DNA of 64,000 nucleotides. Origin: an uncultured Gemmataceae bacterium. Its GTDB lineage: Bacteria; Planctomycetota; Planctomycetia; Gemmatales; Gemmataceae. The translations under genes were made by a program, and so were the position numbers. Below are positions 53,001 through 60,378 of the stretch, piece after piece. The notes below the pieces were generated by a model, which was not told the origin of the DNA, did not search any database, and saw only the letters and a list, made by a program, of their open reading frames with translations. Within the stretch, counting starts at the first letter, position 1. Every line of letters begins with the position of its first letter. Where the stretch lies: NCBI GenBank assembly GCA_963750165.1, contig CAVVPN010000004.1, positions 384,001 through 448,000 on the forward strand, in the 5' to 3' direction.

Positions 53001-56000
53001 TCGGGCATCGGCGGCACCGGGGCGCTGGAGAACGTCAGCGGCGCCAACGTCTGGGACGGCCCGGTCGTGCTGGCCCAGGATCCGGGTTTCTCGCCGTCCA
53101 GCGTGCCAGCCGCCACCGTGGCCGTGGGCGCGCTGAACACCCACGTCGGCGACCAGCTGACCATCAGCGGCGTCGTCAGCCAGGACACCGGCCTGGCGAT
53201 GGGCGTGACCAAGGTCGGCCCGGGCAAGGTCGTGCTGACGGGCGCCAACACCTACGGGTCGCTGACCACGGTGGCGCAGGGCACGCTGAACGTCCAGAAC
53301 GCGACCGCCCTGGGCCTGTCCGGCCCCGGCGTGGCCCCGACCAGCCCGCTGGTCGAGGACTACACGTTCCAGAACAGCTACGCCGACACCGTTGACCCGA
53401 CCGACAACCCGAGCCTGTCGCCCAACGGCGGCACGCTGAACGCCACCAACTACACGTTCCTCACCGGCCAGGGCCTCAGCCTGAGCGACGGTCTGCCGGC
53501 GCCCGACAACTACTCCATCGAGATGCTGTTCAACCTGACCGCCCTGTCCGGCCTGGAGAGCCTGATTGACTTCCAGAACGGCACGGTGGCGACGGGCCTG
53601 TACACGCTCGACGGGGCGCTCCACTTCGAGAACACGGCCACCGGCCCGGCAAACGTGCTGACCGCCGGCACCAACGCCGATGTCGTCATCACCCGCAGCA
53701 GCGCCACCAACCAGTTCGTTTGCTACCTCAACGGCGTGCAGCAGTTCAGCTTCATCGACAACAACGACCTGGCGGTCTTCAACGGGCCGGGCAACATCAT
53801 CAACTTCTTCCAGAATGAGTTTGAACTCAGCGAGGCGTCGGGCGGCGTCGTGAGCCAGATTCAGATCTTCAGCGCCCCGCTGAGCCCGACCCAGGTGGCG
53901 GCGATGGCGGCGGTCCAGCCCATCACCGTGACCGGCACGGCGGGCACCTTCACGCTGACCTACAACGGCCAGACCACGCCGGCCCTGGCCTATAACGCCA
54001 CCGCGGCCCAGGTGCAGACCGCCCTGAACGCGCTGTCCAGCATTGGCGGAGCCGGCGGCTCCGTGACCGTCAGCCAGTCCGCCAACGTCTACACGGTGAC
54101 GTTCGGCGGCAGCCTGTTCGCCTCATACCAGCCGCAGATCACCGCTGCGGCGGCCGGCGGCGCCACCGTGGTCGCGGGCACCCTCGCCAGCGGGGCCATC
54201 GTTGTCGCCCCCACGTCCACGGGCACGGTTGTGCAGTCCGGGGCCGCCCTGGAGCTGCAGAACGCCGCCGGTATGACCGTCGCCAGCGAGGATCTGACGC
54301 TCAACGGCAGCGGCATCAACAACGGCGGTGCGCTGCGGAACGTTGGCGGCAACAACATCTGGGGCGGCAGCGTCACGCTGCAGACCAACTCTGCCATCGG
54401 CGTCGCGTCCGGTACGCAGTTGACCGTCACGGGCCAGGTGCAGGATCCGAGCCCGCTGGCCTACCCGGTCGCCAACCTCACCAAGGTCGATACCGGCACG
54501 TTGGTCTTCCCCAACGCCAACAGCTACAACGGCACGACGACCGTCAGCGCGGGCGTGCTGAACGTCCAGAACGCGGCGTCGCTGGGCGGCGCTGTCGCCG
54601 AGGTGCAGACCGTCACCCTCGGCGGCACCGCCACGGGCACGTTCACGCTGACCTTCGGCGGCCAGACGACCGCGGCCCTGGCCTACAACTCGACGGCGGC
54701 CCAGGTGCAGACGGCCCTGAACGGACTGTCCAGTATCTCCAGCGTTGGCACGGTGAGCGTCACGCTGACCGGCACCACCTACACCGTCACCTTCGGCGGC
54801 GGTTTCCTGGGCCAGACCGGCCTGCCGCTGCTGACCGCCGCCGGCGCCGGCGGCACGACCACCACGGTCGCCGAGGTGACAGTCGGCCAGGCCGCCACCA
54901 GCAACAGCGAGGTGCAGACGCTCACCCTGGGCGGGGCCGCCACGGGCACGTTCACGCTGAATTTCAACAACCAGATTACCGCGGCCCTGCCGTACAACAC
55001 ACCAGCGTCCGGCGGCACCGGAGCGACCGCCAGCGTGCAGAACGCGCTGAACGCGCTGACCACCATCGGCAGCATCGGCGGCACCGTGACCGTGACGCAG
55101 GTCGGCAGCGTCTACACCATCACCTTCGGCGGCAGCCTGGCCCTGACAGACTTGCCGCTGATTATCGCCACTGGCCTGAGCGGTACGACCGCGACGATGG
55201 CGCTGACGACGGCCGGCTCGGGCGGCACCGTGGTTAGCGCCGGCGCCACCCTGCAACTGGATGGCAACTTCACGTCGCAGAAAGCCCTGTCGCTGGCCGG
55301 TACTCTGGAGAACGTCAGCGGCACCACGCACACCTGGGCCCAGCCGATCACCCTGACCGGCAACGCCAAGGTCGCCGTGGACGGCGCCGCCGACACGCTG
55401 ACGTTGAGCAACGCCATCGGCCAGAGCGGCGGCAGCCAGGGCCTGACCCTGACCGGTCCCGGCACCGTGGCCATGACCGGCACCACGGCCAACACGTACA
55501 ACGGCCTGACACAGGTCAACCAGGGCACCCTGTTGCTCAACGTGACCGGCGCGACCGCCATCGCCGGCGGCCTCACCATCGGCAACAGCCAGCCCAACGC
55601 CGCGCTGGTGCAGGAAGTGCAGGGCAACCAGATCGCCGACACGTCCACGGTTACCGTCAACAGCAACGGCACCTTCGCCCTGAACGGCCAGACGGACACC
55701 ATCGGCGCCCTGGTCATCACCGACGGCCTGGCCCAAACGGGCAGCGGCGGTCAGTTGACGGCCGCGTCGCTGGGCATGACCGGCGGCACCCTGACTGTGA
55801 CCAACCCGGCCAGCACCGTGACGCTGGGCGGCCCCGTGACGGCCACCTCGGACGCCACCGGCAGCGCCACCGTCAACGGCCTCGGCACGCTGGCGCTGGG
55901 CGGCGTCAGCCGCACCTTCACGGTCAACGCCGGCCCGGCCAACTTCGACCTGGTCGTCTCGACGCCGATCACTGGCACCGGCACCGCTGGCCTGACCAAG

Positions 56001-59000
56001 GCGGGCACTGGCAGCCTGGAACTGTCCGCCGCCGAGACCTACCCCGGCACGACGACGGTGCAAGGCGGCAAACTGCTCGTGGATGGTAACGTCGCCGCCG
56101 TCTCGCTGTCCGGCGGCACGCTGGGCGGTACCGGCACGGTCGGGGCCGTCACGGCGGCGGCCGCCGGCGGTACGCTGGAGCCGGGCACCCTGGCCGCCGG
56201 GGCGTTCAGCCCGGGCGTGTTGACGGCGACCGGCAACACGACGCTCAACGCCGCCTCCACGTACCAGGTGCTGCTCGGCGGTGCCACCGCCGGCACGGGC
56301 GCAGGCTTCTACAACCAGCTCAACGTCACCGGCAGCGTGAACCTGAACAACGCCAACCTGGCGGTGTCCGCGGTGGGCGGTTACGCGCCGACCATCGGCA
56401 CGTCGTTCGTCATCATGACGGCGACGGGCGGCTTCACGAACGGTTTCAGCAACCACCTGAGCGGCCAGCCGACCAACTTCATCAGCAACGGGATGAAGTA
56501 CAGCGCCACGGTCAACAACTCGGTCAGCCCGGCACAGCTCGTGCTGCAGCGCATCAAGAGCGGCACCACCACGGTCATCACGCAGGTGAGCCCGGCCAGT
56601 CCGTCGCCCTTCGGCACCCAGGTGACCTTCACCGCCACCGTGAGCCCCGAGGCGGGCCTGACGGCGTCGTTCACGGGCGTCGTCACCTTCATCCTGGACG
56701 GCAGCATTGTCCTGGGCACCGGCATGCCCAACGGCAGCGGCGTGGCCAGTTACCAAACGGCGGTCGGCCAGCTGCCCGGCGGCTCGCACACCATCACGGC
56801 CGTCTACGACCAGACCGGCGCCGACCCGTTCTTCGCCACCAGCACCTCGGCTGGTGTCAGCTACACCGTCTCCAAGGTCACGACCACGACGGCCTTCACC
56901 GCGGCCACGCCGACGAGTTCGATCTTCGGGCCACCGATGACCTTCACAGCCACGGTGGCGCCCACCATCGGCACCGTCGAGCCGACGGGCATGATCAGCT
57001 TCTACGATGGCGTGGTTAATGCCGCCCACCTGCTCGGCAGCGGCACCCTGGCCGACGCTGGCGGCACCGCCACCGCCAGCTACGCCACCACGGCCGGGCA
57101 GCTGACCGGCGGCAGCCACACCATCATTGCCGTCTACACCCCGGCCGTGACGGACACCACCTTCAACGCCAGCCAGTCCACCGGCCTGGCCTTCACGGTC
57201 ACCAAGGCGGCGACCACGACGACCGTTACCGGCGTGACTCCGGCGAGCCCGGCCTTCGGCACGGCGGACACGCTCACCGCCACGGTCACGCCGACCTACG
57301 GCACGACCGAGCCGACGGGCACAGTCAGCTTCTACGACGGCAGCGTCAGCGCCGCGCACCTGCTCGGCTCCGGCACTCTGGCCAACAGCGGCGGCACCGC
57401 CACCGCGACCACCCAGACCACGGCCGTGCAGCTGATCGGCGGCAGCCACACCATCATCGCGGTCTACACCCCGGCCGTGGCGCCGGCCACGCCGGAGGTC
57501 AACTACACCGGCAGCCAGTCCACCGGGTTCCCCCTCACCATCGCGACGCACACGACCACGACCGCCTTCGCCGCCACCACGCCGACGAGCGCGAAGTTCG
57601 GCCAGGCGGTGACCTTCACGGCCACTGTGACGCCCACCCTGAGCGGCGTCGAACCGACCGGCACGGTTGCCTTCTACGATGGCGTCGTCGATGTCGCCCA
57701 CCTGCTCGGCAGCGGCACTCTGGCCAACGCCAGCGGCACCGCCACCGTCAGCACCACCACCACGGCGACCCAGCTGGCGGTCGGGTCGCACACCATCATC
57801 GCGGTCTACACCCCGGCCGGCACGGAGGTCAACTTCAGCGGCAGCCAGTCGGCCAACTACGCCTTCTCGGTAGGCCAAAGTAGCTCCACGACCACCGTCA
57901 CGCTGTCCAACCACAACCCCGCCGCCCTGGGGCAGGCGGTGACGTTCACGGCCACGGTGACCGGCTCGGTGTCCGGCGTGGCGCCGGCGAACGGCACCAA
58001 CACCGTGACGTTCAAGGACGGCAACACCGTCCTGGGCCAGGCCAACCTCAGCAGCGGCGTTGCCACCTTCACCACCACCGCCAGCCAGTTGACGGCGGGC
58101 AGCCACACCATCACCGCCATCTGGACCGGCGACACCAACTACACCGCCAGCACCTCGGCCGGCTTCAGCCAGACGATCAACGTGGGCACGGCCACGACGG
58201 CCATCACGTCCAACACGCCCAACCCGGCCAACTACGGCCAGCAAACGGTGACCTTCACCGCGCAGGTGACAGGCACGATCACCGGCTTCACGCCGACGGC
58301 CGGGACGGTGGTCACGTTCAAGGACGGCGCCACGACGCTGGGCACCGGCATGCTCAACAGCAGCGGCGTCGCCACCTTCACCACCACCTCGTCCACGCAA
58401 CTGACGGCGGGCAGCCATGCCATCACCGCCGTCTGGGCCGGCGATGTCAACTACGGCTCCAGCACCTCGCCGGGCGCGGCCGAGACGGTCAACAAGGCCG
58501 ACAGCACCACGACGCTGGCCACGAACAACGCGAACGCCGGCTACGGTGTGGCGATCATCACTGCCACCGTGGCGCCGGTCACCGGCGTCAGCGGCGTACC
58601 GGACGGCACCGTGACCTTCACCGCGACCAACACGGCGACCATGGCCGTGACCACCGCGACCGCGACGCTGAGCGGCGGCGTGGCCACCTGGCCGGCGAGC
58701 CAGCCGCTGGTCCCGGGCAGCTACACCATCTCGGCGGCGTTTAGCGGCGCCAGCAGCGTCAACTTCAACGGCAGTGCGTCCCACACCATCAACCAGACCG
58801 TCATCACAGCCGTCACAACGACAACAGTCACGTCCAGCGTCAACCCGTCGCAACTGGGTCAGCTGGTGACGTTCACGGCGACGGTTTCCACCGGCGGCTC
58901 GGCCGCCCCGGTCGGCTCCGTCAACTTCGTCATCGACGGCACGACCGTGGCCAGCGGCGTCAGCCTCAACGGTAGCGGCCAGGCCAAGTACCAGACATTC

Positions 59001-60311
59001 AGCCTGGCCATGACCGGTTCGACGCACAGCGTCCAGGTGGTTTACGGTGGCAGCACCTTCTTCGGCGGCAGCAGCGGCACCCTGACCGGCGGTCAGCTGG
59101 TCGGTAAGGCCAACACCACGGTGACGGTCACGCCGGCCGCCGTCTCCACGGTCTGGGGCCAGACGGCCATGTTCACGGCCACGGTGAGCGGCTCGACCTC
59201 GGTGGGCACGCCGACCGGCTCGTTCACCTTCTCCGTGGACGGCGCTTCCCAGGTCACCGTGCCGGTCAACAGCTTCGGCCAGGCAACGTTCAGCACGGCC
59301 GCCCTGACCGTCGGCGGTCGCCAGATCACTGCCGCCTACAGCGGCGACAACCTGTACAACACCAGCAGCGGTTCAGTGGGCTTCACGGTGAATCTGGCCG
59401 CCACGACCACGACGCTGAAGATGAATGCCACGGCTGCCATCGGCGCAGCGGTGCCGTTCTCAGTCACGGTGGCCCCGGTGGCGCCGGGCGCTGGCGTGAC
59501 CACGGGCATGGTGTCGATCTACGTGAATGGCGTCCAGGTGGCGCAGGCCGGGCTGAACAACGGCGTGGCCAGCGGCACTCTGCCGGGTCTCGCCGCCGGC
59601 AGCGACACGGTGTTCGCCGCCTACACGCTCGGCGACGCCCACTTCGTCGGCAGCAACAGCGCCGTGCAGTCGCTGTCGGTCCTGAGCGGCAACCAGCTGT
59701 TCGTGGCCCAGGCGTACCTGGACCTGCTGCAACGGCCGGCGGACCCGAACGGCCTGGCAGGCTGGTCGAACCAGCTCAATGCCGGCCTGATGACGCGCAC
59801 GCAGGTGGCCCAGGCGCTGATGAACAGCGACGAGTACCGCATGCTGAAGATCAACCAGCTGTACCAGAAGTACCTGTCGCGGCCGGCGGACCCGAATGGG
59901 TTGAGCGGCTACCTCAGCTTCGTGAAGGCCGGCGGCACCTATGAACAGGTGGCGGCCTACCTGATCGGCTCGCCTGAGTATTTCAACGGTCACGGCGGCG
60001 GCAGTAACGACGGCTTCGTGAAGGCGCTGTACGAGGACGCGCTGGGCCGGCCGGTCGATGCACCGTCGGAGGCCTACTGGGACCAGGTGCTCTCGCTGCA
60101 TGTGCAGACCAGCCAGATCGCCACCGTCATCCTGTCCAGCCAGGAATACTACACCGACCTGGTGATGGGCTTCTACCAGACCTTCCTGCACCGGGCCGCG
60201 GACGCCATCGGCCTGAACGGTTACGTGAAGTACCTGCAGTCCGGCGGCCGCGACGAGACCGTTATCTCCATCCTGGTCGGCTCGCCCGAGTACATGAGCC
60301 ACCTGGCGTAA
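44061..60311 (+). CDS. Giant surface protein/adhesin 2 (~5416 aa), paralogue of protein 1 with extra inserted modules and a LamG-like domain
   Basis: RLALEQLETRVTPA leader, beta-helix repeats, BNR propeller ~47470-52180, LamG-like ~53345-53910, 10 Ig-like repeats ~56560-59680, DUF4214-like ~59690-60311. Confidence 0.9.
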   Translation: MRPLSWARWLRSLFTRPTTPFRRTSHRLALEQLETRVTPATHTWSGGGGALNTAWTSTANWRDGVPSAGDDLVFPATATAFNATNDFSVGTVFNSITISGSNYTLSGNSITLGNPVTSGSGFLTVNGGATGEVLSLNIQFGGSANGQQIFTVNAGSNITLAGQLSGPSGYQLTKEGTGTLTLSGDNSSFAGPISIDNNAGILAITNANALGAGTNSTTVGSGSQLQVVNASGAIPENLLLNGLGPINDGALLNVAGNNTWTGNVTLDSTAALGSNAGSLTIAGTISDAGAGLGLSKEGVGQIIFAHDNTYRGTTTIDNGVLTIETPLGLGTADSGTVVNNTSGGSGTLQLNDPSGIGFTVLNEQVTLNGSGSGGLGALQNVSGNNQWAGSILVGSTAPFGSSASIGAAANTALTVSGVISNPNGAYTLTKVNTGELILNNVNTVTGSFTIAAGVVSVRDSNALGTTSGITVANGAALWLEIDSGLDPHGRNLSNDSVTHNSQELQIADPLTISGTGVGNTGALRSVSGINVYTGAISGTGAIGVDPDPNPKNDNSYFTNDYSLTATGRVSVVGLSKVGTGQLILPTANTINGLTVQQGWVTAQNNLSLGTGPVTVQSGAAVQLKPPAPGINLTLTNTFTLSGNGFSHPFGLINQKGALESLGGNNVIGGGNNNVVFNGNAGIGVVEVDPAYAAVTPSELTITDEIIDGAAAGGFTKLGSRRLNLEGEGSYSGNNIIQEGVVRIQTDSGLGTSSTGTATGPETYANSTTSLGTGNATIQRFVVTGFGTYTLTFNGQTTSALQYNATAAQVQSALNALSNVSGVGGVVSVNESSNVYTVTFAGTFLGYNQPTLTATGSGGTSVAVNVIVAGDGPALELQSQVPQLNGGIPAGLSIWNEALVLSGPGNTTFGDGPLTVYSDDNLWRGPVTLKTSTTFQIPASARLTLDGPVDDASNPAVGGSNLTLTGGGELALAGANTYRGTTYVEQGTLTLENSQALGGTGTAAVQTVTVTGTAGTFTLTFNGQTTALAYNATAAQVQTALNALSTIGGAGGSVTVSQSANVYTVTFGGNLFGFSQSQITAAAAGGATAVTGTLVQGGGGTFVAAGSSVQLEGSLTIAGEPLILEGQGANQASYVPTGWFPLGPAPVNSGQTAGNNSVTGRVTDVVADPTNPNVIYITTAGGGAWKTTDGGVTWKPLFDRAGTGSVSAVQTATVTGTAGTFTLTFNGQTTTALAYNATAAQVQTALNALSTIGGVGGAVTVTLTGSIYSITYGGTLTGGSQPQITGTGAGGATITTATAVQGGGIIANEEQDLSVTGMAGTYTLNFAGQTTAALAYNATAAQIQTALDALSTIGGVGGSVTVLGSNGAFAIGFGGNLGGQALSQIVATGTGGATAAISPFADGYGITLDTQEIDVALASGTYTLSFNGATTPSLPYNATATQVQTALNALPTIGGVGGSVYVVQPPLPVYTITFPTTGNNAGINQPQMTATGTGGASASVTTVTNGSRTNEVQDINVTGGAGSFVLMFGTAGFGGGNATVAIPYGSSAATVQADLNAVRNIQRGGGGGGGGGGSVTVTQSGNDYIVTFTGTMAGSAEQLLTDTATGGAVVATSELTHGGTVVTPEVQRVSVNGTAGTFTITFNGRTTSALAYNASAVQVQTALNALSSISGGGGGGGGGGGGGGAGPVTVTLANAPFFTATFGNSLLGLNVPLMIAAGNAGATVSSVSSGSGVTAGVQAFTINGTGTFTLGFDGATTAVLPAGASAVQVQTALNTLPTVGGVGGSVSVTSSTSPDGTTTYAVTFYDNLSGSGLPQLTVTGDTNVTTTEFPVATGLVQDNPLFIGTITMDPNNPQILYLGTGDTDNSTDSYYGTGIYKSTDGGQTWTLMTDSLGGNPLYGRGVSKIAVGTLNGTAYTFAAVGDGGSGRNEVQTLGFALPPGVQTFTLTFVGPDSTGSIVSDTTGPITWDPTRPNNTNNALVAQDIQAQLMGGTDSSGTVWTGLSNIEGIGATVVVTAPTGGGGGGGGGGGGGGGGGNRNFSIQFESALALTNVQQITTNWPIPTFGVPGIGVGTQVDGGPLKVINGTSGNPGIWSFNATTSTWNNLTSVESMTRATGTSSQSTPNMNPRTPGPDDNFLVSFPQTGTTWSDLALTAGGTLYAALGNSSGNNNNGVFYTNNPTAAVPDWYVGDPTNTGTPPPPTLPDTESMNEFPVPVMSGLPIGNIKIATGGILIDSNGVHGVIYASVAANFGSLVNIYTTIDGGKDWLPVATTPPNYMFSEGGYANAIVAVPGTTTVYVAGYESSGTTHTDQVLVSPDSGTTWIDISVDIAGNGPHTAIHALSLDSQNRVLAATDGGLWRYDPGTGFWTDLTGNLEVSQVNSVATSPTNLNTVYAGLQSNGVAQFNNNLAWTYVDQNPNTLVSGGGAVVVDPQNPNNVYHVETQTGSSAVVRRSTDGGQTWTTVLTTTRTAAPLVMDIVNPDRLVAGGASVEESKNQGTNWTTLTPSDPVTGTSLSNVTGVAVAAYQGTFVEDNDFPWITDQGANTYDPNTIYATDGSSVFVTKDDGTTWKDRTNDLTGLGGISDIVVDPRNRDIVYVVRDVFGAGHVFRSTDAGQDWTDISGNLPNLPTWTLVIDPRQGDPNSAGPTYGNIYVGTDEGVYELPNGSSSWQSVGSALPNVAVHSLDLNLNSNILTAGTYGRGVFQLLLDDGTPDQGALRALSGTSVWTGNVMVAGDPTTNAVAFGSSGSQALPGGLGATSLTIVGTISDLTPGNSPQVNKVGTGSVIFAGANTYGGVTDIQQGVLIVQNKNALGSSAAGTIVDDTVNPNTALELQSDLELEPISLRGNGVSFNGHPTGGLLNVSNNNTYTGTLTLIGNATIGVASGSTLTIGSKANLQGTGTITDGGNNYSLVKELTGTLTLSSANTFGGGMLVSQGVLNVQNGGALGSNGTAASGTTVLDGAQLQLQGGIIITDENLRLSGSGIGGTGALENVSGANVWDGPVVLAQDPGFSPSSVPAATVAVGALNTHVGDQLTISGVVSQDTGLAMGVTKVGPGKVVLTGANTYGSLTTVAQGTLNVQNATALGLSGPGVAPTSPLVEDYTFQNSYADTVDPTDNPSLSPNGGTLNATNYTFLTGQGLSLSDGLPAPDNYSIEMLFNLTALSGLESLIDFQNGTVATGLYTLDGALHFENTATGPANVLTAGTNADVVITRSSATNQFVCYLNGVQQFSFIDNNDLAVFNGPGNIINFFQNEFELSEASGGVVSQIQIFSAPLSPTQVAAMAAVQPITVTGTAGTFTLTYNGQTTPALAYNATAAQVQTALNALSSIGGAGGSVTVSQSANVYTVTFGGSLFASYQPQITAAAAGGATVVAGTLASGAIVVAPTSTGTVVQSGAALELQNAAGMTVASEDLTLNGSGINNGGALRNVGGNNIWGGSVTLQTNSAIGVASGTQLTVTGQVQDPSPLAYPVANLTKVDTGTLVFPNANSYNGTTTVSAGVLNVQNAASLGGAVAEVQTVTLGGTATGTFTLTFGGQTTAALAYNSTAAQVQTALNGLSSISSVGTVSVTLTGTTYTVTFGGGFLGQTGLPLLTAAGAGGTTTTVAEVTVGQAATSNSEVQTLTLGGAATGTFTLNFNNQITAALPYNTPASGGTGATASVQNALNALTTIGSIGGTVTVTQVGSVYTITFGGSLALTDLPLIIATGLSGTTATMALTTAGSGGTVVSAGATLQLDGNFTSQKALSLAGTLENVSGTTHTWAQPITLTGNAKVAVDGAADTLTLSNAIGQSGGSQGLTLTGPGTVAMTGTTANTYNGLTQVNQGTLLLNVTGATAIAGGLTIGNSQPNAALVQEVQGNQIADTSTVTVNSNGTFALNGQTDTIGALVITDGLAQTGSGGQLTAASLGMTGGTLTVTNPASTVTLGGPVTATSDATGSATVNGLGTLALGGVSRTFTVNAGPANFDLVVSTPITGTGTAGLTKAGTGSLELSAAETYPGTTTVQGGKLLVDGNVAAVSLSGGTLGGTGTVGAVTAAAAGGTLEPGTLAAGAFSPGVLTATGNTTLNAASTYQVLLGGATAGTGAGFYNQLNVTGSVNLNNANLAVSAVGGYAPTIGTSFVIMTATGGFTNGFSNHLSGQPTNFISNGMKYSATVNNSVSPAQLVLQRIKSGTTTVITQVSPASPSPFGTQVTFTATVSPEAGLTASFTGVVTFILDGSIVLGTGMPNGSGVASYQTAVGQLPGGSHTITAVYDQTGADPFFATSTSAGVSYTVSKVTTTTAFTAATPTSSIFGPPMTFTATVAPTIGTVEPTGMISFYDGVVNAAHLLGSGTLADAGGTATASYATTAGQLTGGSHTIIAVYTPAVTDTTFNASQSTGLAFTVTKAATTTTVTGVTPASPAFGTADTLTATVTPTYGTTEPTGTVSFYDGSVSAAHLLGSGTLANSGGTATATTQTTAVQLIGGSHTIIAVYTPAVAPATPEVNYTGSQSTGFPLTIATHTTTTAFAATTPTSAKFGQAVTFTATVTPTLSGVEPTGTVAFYDGVVDVAHLLGSGTLANASGTATVSTTTTATQLAVGSHTIIAVYTPAGTEVNFSGSQSANYAFSVGQSSSTTTVTLSNHNPAALGQAVTFTATVTGSVSGVAPANGTNTVTFKDGNTVLGQANLSSGVATFTTTASQLTAGSHTITAIWTGDTNYTASTSAGFSQTINVGTATTAITSNTPNPANYGQQTVTFTAQVTGTITGFTPTAGTVVTFKDGATTLGTGMLNSSGVATFTTTSSTQLTAGSHAITAVWAGDVNYGSSTSPGAAETVNKADSTTTLATNNANAGYGVAIITATVAPVTGVSGVPDGTVTFTATNTATMAVTTATATLSGGVATWPASQPLVPGSYTISAAFSGASSVNFNGSASHTINQTVITAVTTTTVTSSVNPSQLGQLVTFTATVSTGGSAAPVGSVNFVIDGTTVASGVSLNGSGQAKYQTFSLAMTGSTHSVQVVYGGSTFFGGSSGTLTGGQLVGKANTTVTVTPAAVSTVWGQTAMFTATVSGSTSVGTPTGSFTFSVDGASQVTVPVNSFGQATFSTAALTVGGRQITAAYSGDNLYNTSSGSVGFTVNLAATTTTLKMNATAAIGAAVPFSVTVAPVAPGAGVTTGMVSIYVNGVQVAQAGLNNGVASGTLPGLAAGSDTVFAAYTLGDAHFVGSNSAVQSLSVLSGNQLFVAQAYLDLLQRPADPNGLAGWSNQLNAGLMTRTQVAQALMNSDEYRMLKINQLYQKYLSRPADPNGLSGYLSFVKAGGTYEQVAAYLIGSPEYFNGHGGGSNDGFVKALYEDALGRPVDAPSEAYWDQVLSLHVQTSQIATVILSSQEYYTDLVMGFYQTFLHRAADAIGLNGYVKYLQSGGRDETVISILVGSPEYMSHLA

Positions 60312-60328
60312 CGCTCGGCGAGTCGTTT

Positions 60329-60370
60329 CGATTGATCGGTTCGCGCTGGCCAGCGCGAACCGATCAATCG
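60329..60370. terminator. Perfect 42-bp palindrome between convergent genes; probable bidirectional terminator or REP
   Basis: CGATTGATCGGTTCGCGCTGG|CCAGCGCGAACCGATCAATCG. No clear U-tract. Confidence 0.6.
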
Positions 60371-60378
60371 GGAGAGGA

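Noticed and set aside
54123..59027. Very long antisense or alternate-frame ORFs (1634 aa here; also 48201-50774, 51033-53624, 17505-19664, 10962-13418)
   Set aside because: Shadow ORFs caused by high GC3 codon bias in the giant genes. They are Arg/Gly/His-rich with no motifs.
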